Shown piece by piece: positions 53,103 to 64,000 of a DNA stretch of 64,000 nt (position 1 is the stretch's first letter; the number at the start of each line of letters is the position of its first letter). The stretch comes from Girardia tigrina. Its lineage: Eukaryota. The notes under the pieces are model-generated. The model made no database searches. It was not told the origin of the DNA and worked only from the letters and a program-made list of their open reading frames with translations. A program made the position numbers and the translations under genes. Location of the stretch: positions 1 through 64,000 of the forward strand of contig MQRK01246274.1 of NCBI GenBank assembly GCA_001938485.1, given 5' to 3'.

Positions 53103-56100
53103 AATGGAAAGAGAAATTTGGTGTATTTTCCTCTTCCATTAACTTTATTAAATAATCAGATATAGAGATGAGGAATATTTATTAATCAGAACAATAAACA
53201 TACGGTTGTTATAGTCAATTATTAAATCATTCAGTGATGAAAAATAGATTGAGACTCGGATTTCCCGAACACACAATAAGTATGGTTCTGGCCAAGTCCA
53301 AATGAGTGAACAGAAATAGTCATATGAGATATATTTTACAACTCATGATTTCCTTGTTTAACATTCTACTAAACATTCGTCGGGTGATCTTGCAATGCAA
53401 GTGGATTAGGTGCCTGTACAGTGATGGAAATTCGTTGGTAAGAGTGATCAATTAAACGAATTTCCAGTTATCGCTAGTCCAGGAAACACAGAAAATGATT
53501 AGTAATCCGGTTGGATTTGGCACAGAAAAAAAATGAGCGGACTTCGACTCGTTTAGAATTCTTGTATCGAGTTTCGTAAGCTGGATTGACTATTTTCATT
53601 AACGGAAAGCTACAAGAACCGTTTTTTGCCATGAAAGACGAATTGAAATACGAATTAAATTATTCCATCCATTTTGACGTGGAAAAGGTGGAAAAAAATG
53701 GCATATAATTTCAGCTGTCTGCTAGAGTTCTCCAATTCTGCATATAAATTTTTTTATTGATTATACAATATTTATTCAATCAATATTATTTAAGTAATCA
53801 ATATTTATTTAATATTTTTTCCATATATATATATATATAGTAGCAAGCCTACTATAATATGTATCTATGGAATTTAGAAACCTATTTTTGAAGTCTTTTT
53901 ACTCAATCACTTTTCTTCAAACTTTGAACACTTAATCATTTTCGTTGACAATAAATGATCATGTGAAAATTTGATCAAAAAAACTTTCTAAGGTCCCAGA
54001 ATGGGGAAAAATGGTCAAATCGGTTCCTGAACAGTATATGAATAAAAAGATCTACTTATAAATTATGAGTAGTGTGTTTACGCAAAAAAGTAAAAATAAA
54101 ATAGTAAATATAATAGTAATTTTCCCTTCTCAAAAGATAACAAAAATAATTCTCATGGCCAAGTAGAGTTCTGTCAGCATAAAGAATGAATATAAAAAAT
54201 TTTTTGATTTATTAGTTTAGTTCAAATATTATTAAAGTCTTACATTATAAAATTTGTAATCAAACTATATTATTTCAAATTTTATTACACATATTTTATT
54301 CTAAACTTATTCAGTTTATTTTGATTTCAAAAGTGTTTTAGTTAAATTTATTAACCATTTTTAATTTAAATTATTTTATAATAAATTTCCATTTTTTAAT
54401 TTAAAAATGTATATTAAATTATTTTATTTTAGTCGTAAAATTCTTTATATTTAAATTTATAATGTTTTTGAAATTAATTTTTTTTAGATTTATTTCTTAA
54501 TTTCGTACGAGTTTCCCAAAATCCTTACAATTGATTTCAAATTTAAATAATATTATTAAATATGGATATGTCCAAGTTTATGTCCTAAAGTAATCATGTC
54601 CTTTGGTATAATTATGGTCGTAATAGTAAATAAAGATTATCCAAGAAAATTAATGATTAAAAGATCATTATATATCTTTAAAAAATAATAATAATATAAT
54701 ATAAATAGAAGTATACAACATGTAATAGTATTATATTCGCTCTACATTCGGCCACAGTTTCGCCTACGGAATTGTATTACACTAACATTACAATATTTTA
54801 CAAAATACATCGATCTTTTTATTCTTACTATTTCGTTTTATTTATATTTTCAAGTAGCGATAAATGTGAATATCTAAAACGAAAATAAACACAAAATGAT
54901 CTTTTATTTGTTATCTTTTTTTATAATTTCTTTCTTTTTCTTGGACAACATAAAACCTTTTTGAAAACTAATTCTTATAATTTGTTTTAAATAAAACTTG
55001 TTTTTGTTTCGTAATTTGTCAATTACAACAGAAATTTATAACCATGAAATATTTTCTCTGTACTTTTTTGAAGGCAAATAGAATAGATTAAAACTTAGTT
55101 ATCATATTAAACCTAATTGACGGAACGTCTGTCTTGGGTATTTGTTTTTTCCCTTTCTCATTTCTTCAAAAATTAACTCAAATTGAGGCTGCGGTCGGTG
55201 GCGGATAAGTTGATAACGTGTGAGAAACAAATCAAAACAATTTGGTTCAATTAGACATTTTCATCGTTTTCTCTTTCGTTCTCTCTCTCTCGATTTACAT
55301 CCTTCTTTTTTTCTGTCAAAAAGAAAATTGAACAGGATTTACTAATTGAGTTGTTTTATTATTATTCCAAGTCTAATTTTGTTATAATATGAGTTGGGAC
55401 AAGTGGAATTAAAGATCTCGTACATTTTCGTTTGCTGATTTCTCACTTCATTTGTCAGTCCCAGGAATATCGAGTTAAAATGCTCCCTGGTCGTCAATTC
55501 CAAATTTACTTTTTACCAAAACCTTCTCTCAACGATTTGATAATTAAATCTAGGACCAATTTTTAATTTAAAATAAATTTCTTTTTATTTTTATCATTGA
55601 AAAATGTGTTATTTTAAAGTTTTTTCTGTTGTTTAAGATAATATAAATTAAAAATTAATCATTAATTTATGATAAGAAATTTTAAGAAAATAATATTCTT
55701 AAATATCCATTATTTGACTTTGTCCAGGTTACCAAAGACATCGGTATCAATGATATCTAGCTTTGTGTTTGGTTAAAATTAAGGTTATTTAAGGGTTTTT
55801 TATCTAGACTAAAAAATGTAACCTCAACATTTTGACAGATGTGAAAAAAATTGTATCCAAAACTCCTTTACCTATACTCTTATTCGATGGAAGGATGAAA
55901 TCCCACACCATCATTTCTAAAAGACAAATGTTCCGTCCGATCTCCAGGTTAACCCGAAAACTGAACGGTAGTGGTAGTAGAGTGGCAGTTGCAGAGTTCA
56001 AGCTTGGGCATTTCGAGTTTGTACTGGACTTATTTCATTGTAGAAATAAATGTTTGTTTATCGGATAAAATGTCTTATAATTCATTCAGTAAATTTGTGT

Positions 56101-56643
56101 ATCAGATTAAGTAAAATTCTTAATACAAAATTTAAAAATCAGTCTGAAAAATCAATCGTAATTTTGAATTCAAATAATAGTTCGATATTAAAATCACACT
56201 AATCAAACGCTCATATCTCACATTGTTTCACATAAACTCACAATCGTAAACATTTCGGACGAAAATTTCCAAATCATTAAGTGTTTCAATAATTCTCAAA
56301 AAAGTCGTTTAAAATATCGTGATTATAACAATTGTAATATTTATCGAAATATTTCTCAAATTATCTTTATGAATAAATTATAGCAATATTTCTCTTCATA
56401 AAAGAGCTCTATTACAACCAAATTTAAACTAGAGTTGACAAATAATTCAGAATTGAAAATCGTAAATTAAAAAATTAGAGAGAAAGAAATGTTTGGCTCA
56501 AGGCTCGCTCTGATTAGTTGACCAATCAGAGGGAGGTATTTTATTCACAATAGACTCGATTTCCCGATACGAAATCGACACACACACTTCAGAAAAATGC
56601 AAGATTACTCGGGAAAATGAATTATGGAGTCATATGACTTATA

Positions 56644-57934
56644 CAGGGTGATCATAAAGTAACTATCGGGTTTTCAACTTCATTAACTTTTTTTGGCAAA
56701 ACATTATGAAAAAATGGTTTTAAATAACAAAAATGCATTTATTAAAATTTAATAATATTCAACAGAATAGCCATCTTCATTAATACAATGTTTAAGGCGT
56801 CCATGAAAAGACTTAATTGCATTTTGGCACATTTCACCATCTATTTTTACCGCTTCTTGACAAATAAAATCTTTAAGTTGCTGAATTGTTTCTGGTTTTC
56901 TCTTATACACTTCATTCTTCAAATACCCCCACACAAAAAAATCGAGTGGTGTCAAATCAGATGACCTAGTCAGTCATACATATGGACCACATCGTCTCAG
57001 CCAACGTTGTGGAAACGCTTCATCCATAAATTGTCGCACAATCAGTGAATAATGGCAGATGCTCCATCTTCCTGGAACACAGCTTTCCGTTTGCATGTTC
57101 TTGATAACGATGGCATAAAGCAACTTTTTGACATATCCGCCGCTGTTATGTTTCCTTCAATAAAAAAGGGCCATAAACACAAGTTGAAGACAACCCAATC
57201 CAAACATCAACTTTTTTACAAGCCTGTGACCACTGATATGTTTCGGTTGGTGTTTTAGTGCCCCAAATGCGACAGTTATGTCTGTTTACAATGTCGTTAA
57301 GATGGAAAGTTGACTCATCAGAGAATATCAGGTTACTAAAAAATTTTTCATCGATTGAATTAACGTTTCACACATAACACGTCTAAGAGCGCAATCATCT
57401 TCATACAAAAGTTGCGTAACTTGAATTCTGTAGGGGAACATTTTTCAGTCGTTTCGTAATACTTTTTGAACAGTTCCATAAGAGTAATTCAGAGTTGACA
57501 ACAATTTCCTGATAGAAGACTGGGGTTCTTGCTTAAAATGTTCTGCAATCTCATTTTTCTTTTCATCATCAATTGGTGGTCTTCCAGATTTTGGGGCATT
57601 TAAAACGCTTCCTGTTTCTTCAAACTTTTTGATGATGTTTCTAATACTTTTTTCGGTTGGAATATTTTTCCATATAAGTCAATGAAGTTCTCTTCTTAAT
57701 AAAGTCACTGACTCATACTTCGCAAATAAAATAACAATTCTTACACGCTGATTTACATCCATTTTGAATCTTACGCTTAAAACAATAACAACAATTAATA
57801 CATTTAAGCAAAATGTACTTTTAATTAAATTTTAAAGAATAAGCTTCAAGATACCTTTATAATTAAAAAGAAATGCAATTTAATTCAAAAGTTATGGCAG
57901 TTTGAAACCCGGTAGTTACTTTATGATCACCCTG
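56644..57934 (-). mobile_element. Full-length rosa/DD41D-like Tc1/mariner element, 1291 bp, pseudogenised
   Basis: TIR CAGGGTGATCATAAAGTAACTA(T/C)CGGGTTT with TA TSDs. ATG at 57762; FSDESTFHLNDIVNRHNCRIWG, FQEDGA and SDLTPLDFFVWGYLKNEVY; stop at 56749. Confidence 0.9.
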
Positions 57935-57989
57935 TATATATATTGTGAATAAATTGAAATAATATTGGCAAATTATCAAATAAAAAATT

Positions 57990-58460
57990 CTTAAGCCAAT
58001 CAAAGTTTATTAATTTCGACGGTTTAACCGTCATCGTCAGAACAAATGATTTTTCAAACGAAATTTACTTATATAGCGCAGTTAATGATTGTGCAATCAA
58101 TACGTAATCAGTACATCATTTAAAAACTCTCAAAAAGTTGTAGAGAATGCAGTTTGAACGTTAATTTTAGGATCCAAAGATCTTATATATAACGCTTCAC
58201 ATGTCACTCTCTCCCAATAATTTTTAAATTGAGTGCACAGAATTTTAAAATTTTGTGAATTTATATCTCCTTTAAAATTTCTTCTATGTCCTGCAATGTT
58301 ACTTCCACCTTCATTGCGACTGTGTTCCTGGATTCTCTTACAGCGATGACGTGAAATCTCTCTAATGTATGTGGCGTTACACCCATTACATGTATATTGG
58401 TAAATGAGATCCGAACACAATCCTAATGGTGTTGGAGATTTATTGCCAAACATGCTTTAA
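57990..58460 (-). mobile_element. PLE 3' fragment (GIY-YIG plus pLTR)
   Basis: ORF 58130-58453: LIYQYTCNGCNATYIREISRH..RIQEH..CEALYIRSLDPKIN. Confidence 0.9.
57999..58050 (-). ncRNA. Minimal hammerhead ribozyme
   Basis: atcatttgtt-CTGACGA-tGACGG ttaaa CCGTC-GAAA-ttaa-TA-aactttgat. Confidence 0.8.
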
Positions 58461-59645
58461 ACTTTCTGGAATTTTCAATCCACATTACTTTCGATATAAA
58501 AGACTTAAGCTACTCTATATTTCTGATAGAAATTCTTTCATGCTCTAACTGAAGCTCAGAACTTCTTTTTTGTCTGGTTTAGCAGTTTTGCAGATTCTTT
58601 GAGTCGGCTAGAATCTTTGGTTACATTATCCCTTTTTATCATTACTTTATCTTCAATTTCAAAAGTTCTCATTGAGCCATAATTTGATTTTGTTTAATGT
58701 TCAGTATTTAATGAACTTGTTTTGCTTATGAAATTCTCAGGTTTTTTTCACCCATGTTTTATCTGTATGCTATAAATTATCTCCCCGGTCACTTATTTAT
58801 CGTCCCCTGACCAGTAGAATTTAATTTAAATTCAATTTCGCACAAAATTTATGAAATGGAAGTCTAAGACGCATAAACGTTTAAAGAAGGTAAGTCGTTG
58901 AAAAGCACCAGTAGTTTAAGATTTTTTTTAAGTTTAATTTTTAAAACTCAATATAAATTCTATTAGTATGTTTAATTTCTTTTTGTTTCTTAAAATATAA
59001 AGTCTATATTTTATATGACACTTCAACTCTTCATTCTGTATCTTTAAACAATGTAAAATATTTTAGAAACGGAATCCGGAAAGGAAGCTAGGAATCTTAA
59101 ATTGAAATAGACATTCCAAAATTTTCAATTACTTTATTTCAAAAAGAAACAAGTTAATAAAAAGTCTAGTGACAATTTAAGCGCAATTTCCTTATGTTAT
59201 TCGGTGCCCAAATATTAAAACGTTTATATCAGTATTTGACTATGATTATTTTTTTGTGACCGAACGAAAGCATATTTTTGAAAACTTTCTTCGGCAATAT
59301 TGTTCTAAATTATTACAGGAATCGATTGGTAAATGTTTCAAGTCGCTATATAAAATTAATTAAAATTAATTAATTAATCCATATGAAATTNNNNNNNNNN
59401 NNNNNNNNNNNNNNNNNNNNNNNNNNNNNNNNNNNNNNNNNNNNNNNNNNNNNNNNNNNNNNNNNNNNNNNNNNNNNNNNNNNNNNNNNNNNNNNNNNNN
59501 NNNNNNNNNNNNNNNNNNNNNNNNNNNNNNNNNNNNNNNNNNNNNNNNNNNNNNNNNNNNNNNNNNNNNNNNNNNNNNNNNNNNNNNNNNNNNNNNNNNN
59601 NNNNNNNNNNNNNNNNNNNNNNNNNNNNNNNNNNNNNNNNNNNNN

Positions 59646-59730
59646 CGTTGAGGAGGAGATACGACTTAAAGCTGCGGACACACATCCATCCATCCATCCA
59701 TCCACACAGAAATAACCAATTAATAATCGC
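59646..59730 (-). mobile_element. Possible Helentron/DINE-like end with (GGAT)n, cut by an N gap
   Basis: (GGAT)n microsatellite followed by gtgtgtccgc..tatctcctcc, the layout typical of non-autonomous Helentrons. Confidence 0.35.
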
Positions 59731-60869
59731 AATTGTCAGTATGGAAATTGCGCTAAAAATTATTAATAAAACGAAATAAAATGTTGAGTTTTATCTCTCT
59801 ATAACCCCTTATAACCTTTAAGTTCTCATCGACCCCTCGGAAGGAATATTGAATTTTTTGATAAACCATTATTCAGACGATACATTATTTAATCATATTT
59901 CTCTTTTTATATTTAAGATTTATAAATTAAATTATAAAAATAAAATATTATTATTTGAACAAAAAATATTCTTTACTGTTTTTTCCTTATATTATCTCTG
60001 ATATGTATTCCAAACTACCAACTTCTTTATGAAATATTATAATTATGATTTTCTCATTTTATTTATTTATATATTTTTATATTTAACTATTTTTAAGATT
60101 TAAAATTATATAAAATTATTTGAAAAGAAGAAAGTTTTCTTTACATATCAATCAAGTGTGAAATTAATTATAGAAAAAGGTTCTAATTATGATTGAAAAG
60201 AACTAGTTGGACCTAACTTTCTAAAGAGCATTTCAAGTGGACTGCTGTCAGAAATGGTTGACCGGTGGACATTCTGTCCGTCACTGCATTGTTAGAACGG
60301 TCAATTGTCAATCAAATTTATGTCAATTGAAGAGCTACTCAATTTTCAATTAAAAAAATATATATGACATTTTCTAAATCTTGGCATTTACGGTTACTTT
60401 TTTTCGATTTTGAAAAAAAAATTTTTTCATTTACTATTAGCATTTTTTTTAATATTTGTTGATGTATTTTCATAATGTTTTTCTTTGCAAAAAAAATATC
60501 GTTATGATATTTAAATTTATTTTAGTAAATATATTTTTTTAATAATTCTTTAAAATCAGGACGTCATTTTTTTTGTAATTTATTATTAATGGGGCCTCAC
60601 ACGTTCCTCTCTTTCACTTATTTTTAAATCGATTACACAGAATTCGAAAATCGTTTTCTGCAGTATTCTTTCTTCAATTTCAAATGTAATCAGTAATATT
60701 TCTTCTATTATTCAATCGACTACGATGTTTGATCCGTTTGCAGAGATCCCAGACGGAAATCTCTCCAATGAGTGAGACCAGTGGCACAATGTTTTCAGGC
60801 TAGGGATGGGCAATCTCTCAGTTGTTGCATGAGCATTTTCCAAAGTCTGTCTGAGTTAATATGAATTTT

Positions 60870-63800
60870 TGTCCAAAGTCTCTCACAGATAGTATGATTT
60901 TTCCAGTCTCGAAAATAGTATGGATGTTTTCAAACTCTAAGGCACCAAGTCTGTGCTTACGTGGTATGAATGTGGTAATGTGATGTTTTCCTTAAAAGCA
61001 CTTTCAAGGAAAAGACATATTTTACGGAAAAGAGATATATTGTATTGGTAACATAATATTTTAAACATGTACATGACAAAGTTTATGTACACCCCTTGGT
61101 GAGACAAAATCAATTGTCTTCTCGAATGATGAATGAATGACCGAGGTTACGGAAGGCGTTGATTGCGAGCTTCATATTTGTCATGGAGATTGCACTTGGT
61201 AGATTATTCAGTACAAATAGCTGATTCTTCAAATGATTAACATTTACATCGTTGGAGTAGTGTGCCCCTATCGTTTTCATATTTTGCTCGCTTAGATGTT
61301 CCCCTCGAAACGCTCCAAGGATAAGGCTGTCCATAGCTTAAACAACGAGGGACCCCTAGCCAGTGAAACGAGATTCCATTGAAGAAATTGCCTGGTCAAG
61401 AACTTCCCAGTACTACATTCGATAGTGTTTGTAATGTCAATGTTTAACTTCCAGATATATATTTTTTATTTACTCAAATTTGCCATATATTTATTTATTT
61501 AATAACATTATTGTTTTTATTTTTTTTAGTGTGATGAGTTAGATTATTATTTTTTAGTATCTCATTTGAGTAACGTGTCATAAATGTACTTTTGTCTTTA
61601 AATTGTTTTTTGATTATTTGTGTTAAAAAGAAAATAAGGAAGTAGATTTATTTTATTTGTGGAAAAAATCGAAAAGAAATGAGGATCAGAATGTTTTTAA
61701 TTAGTAATTGGAATAATTCCACCAAAATGAAAATTATAAATTTAAAATTAAAAAAAAATCAATGAGAATTTAAAATTTACTTAGATGCATAAATTAATAT
61801 TAATACATGATAAAAAAATACTCCTCAATTTTTGGTAATTCGTCAAATTTTTGTTACTATTTTGATTGAATTGTGGAGACTGAACGTTGCTGTTAATTGC
61901 CATTCATTACACTGTTGGAAATAAAGATTATTGTCGTCCTTATGGTGATCCTTCAATTGGTTAATTTATTCCGGCCGAAGAAATTATAAAAAGAAAAATA
62001 ATTATATTTAAAAGAAATAAAAGTATTACCCCTGATAATTATTCGAAAAAAAAGTAAAGAAAAAATTTTACGAAGAGAAAATCGAAAGCAAATAAGTATT
62101 TAATTTATTATTTGTTTCTAAACCATCTCTTTTAAAGAATTAATTTTTGTGTGAATTGATTTAACGGTTAATTTATTATTTTATTTTGATTACCCGTTTA
62201 ATAATTCATCTTTAATATATAAAGCTTATTCCTTAAAATTAGTAGTGCTCTTTATTCTATTATGTATATATCAATCGAGATTTGATTCATTAATATAGAC
62301 AAAAATTTTATTTTTGTCATTATCACTTAATCAAATTTATAACCTTTTTCTCAAGTCATGTAGCTTGGTATGTTGAAGCAGGACCATTGAAGTGAGCTGG
62401 AATCTGTCTTCGGCTTGGTAGAGAAGGTCCCGCAGTCCCCAGCTTCTTCTGCAGGTGAAAAGCTTCATTCCAAACATTGCTGAAGTGTTTTTCTTTTCTG
62501 TAAGCTCCAAAAACATTAAGATTGAAGCTTGCAGCTTCTTTTCCTTGTCCTGAACAGAGTGTCGTTGTTTGGAGAAGCCTGCCGAGCTTTGTTGTGTGCT
62601 TAAACAGTTATATTAATACTATAAGCCAAAACAAAAAGTCAAACGTTGTCATAACGGAGCTGAATCCTGAAGTTTTGGTACACACTTTTCCTTCCATTCT
62701 ACTTTCTTCTGATAATTCTTTCAGAAGTTTCATCAGTGGTTGAGCAAACTATTTAATGGACACCAGTGAACGTAAACGTAAAAGCCAACGGGTAGGACAA
62801 ATTGGCGGAGTTTGGAATTTTCCATTTCTAAATTGAAAGAGATGTTCCGGAAATGAACCAGACGTTTATCTGAGGAGCAGAAAAAGTTGATTAAATCTTT
62901 GATTAGATTCATTAAATAATTTAGGTCTTTCACTGTACTGGCGGCGTCTTTAAAAACCAAGTTCAGGCAGTGAGCTTTACAATTAAGAAAAAGCGCACTT
63001 GGCTAAATATGCTGAAACTTTGCTACGACGCCGTTGATGGCCCCTTTCATTGTTGAAGCGCCATCATAGCATTGTTTACGAAGCTTGTCAAGAGGCAGTG
63101 AGCTCCTTAATAAAATATCCTTGATGATGGAGAAGATGGATGTGGAATCACATTTTTCCATTGCATTAATGCTCAGGGTGTCGTCTGAAACTTGAATATC
63201 GTTATTGAAATGGCGAATAACTATCACTAATTGCTCAGTGCGACTGACATCTGAGGTTTCATCAGATAGGATGAAATAGGATCGATTTCTTGGTAATGTG
63301 AGGGCTGTTCGCAGGATTTCCAAACTCATTCTTTCCAGTACTTCATTTTGGATACTCCATTCTGTCCAAGAAGTTTTCCTCTGCAACCATTCGTACATCA
63401 GTCATGAATCACGAGCACGAAGTAGTAAAAGCCTTCTTAAATTCACATCCGCTTGATTATTCAAATCATGAACTGCAAGGCCTTGTCAAGCGAGATATAT
63501 CAACGAAAAGAAGATAATCTTTAGATAAGACAGAGCATTTTACTTATCTTTGTCTTTATTTTCAATTATTTTGTCCATCATTATGTTGTTCTTCATCCGA
63601 CAATTATGGATCCGGATGGCACGATGGGAAGATATGCTGTTTCCATGTTCCTAAAAACCTCAACAGCCGTTTTTCAGTTATGAAACCCATTTTCTGTAAA
63701 TGCTGATTTCACAGCTTGTACATTGTAGTGCCGTTCAGCACAGGTGTAACAAAGCGGAAAGCGGCATCTAGTTATTCATCATATTCTAACCTGGTAGGAA

Positions 63801-63960
63801 AATCATCGTACCACTTTGATAGGAAGCAACGTTGGCGTTGTCCTATGGTTGTCTTTGGAAAATGTTTGAGGAATGGCTGTCGAATGCTTTGCAAAATAGC
63901 TGATGACAATGTACAATCAATAGAAGCTACTGAAACATCACTTTGGTCTGAGAATTCCAT
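60870..63960 (-). pseudogene. hAT transposase (ZMYM1/DUF4371-type), degenerate and interrupted
   Basis: TTF-zinc-finger-like RCFLSKWYDDFPTRLEY; SDETSDVSRTEQLVIVIR; QCYDGASTMKG; HCLNL. The C-terminal part at 60870-61440 is separated by AT-rich sequence at ~61440-62330. Confidence 0.85.
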
Positions 63961-64000
63961 AATGAATGTAGACGACTCCGATTCAGAAGTGGCTGCAGGA

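Noticed and set aside
55725-55800. miR-9/miR-79-like words (ggttaccaaag, tatctagctttg)
   Set aside because: The order is wrong and no pre-miRNA hairpin forms.

Overview
Very AT-rich eukaryotic (animal) genomic DNA with several N gaps. There is no prokaryotic operon, CRISPR, rRNA or tRNA signal. The composition and transposon (TE) content resemble a planarian-type genome, which is an inference only. One host gene is supported: a Frizzled-5/8-like receptor on the minus strand, whose cysteine-rich domain (CRD) is split between exon 1 (25024-24752) and exon 2 (6504-6286) by an 18.2-kb intron; later exons were not found. The rest is mostly TE debris: five mariner copies (one nearly intact), a full-length rosa/DD41D-like element, pogo, hAT, piggyBac-like and Helitron-like pieces, and five Penelope-like element (PLE) fragments. 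Three observations stand out. (i) Every PLE 3' end that is retained carries a minimal hammerhead ribozyme about 33-36 nt behind a conserved bZIP-site/TATA/Inr module; there are 6 copies, 2 of them in inverted pLTRs with broken cores. (ii) An unclassified repeat family of about 6 copies has a leader intron and a Cys-rich peptide start. (iii) A GC-rich multi-hairpin element occurs twice next to that family. One copy is flanked by a 13-bp direct repeat, and its empty site is preserved in an adjacent inverted duplicate.
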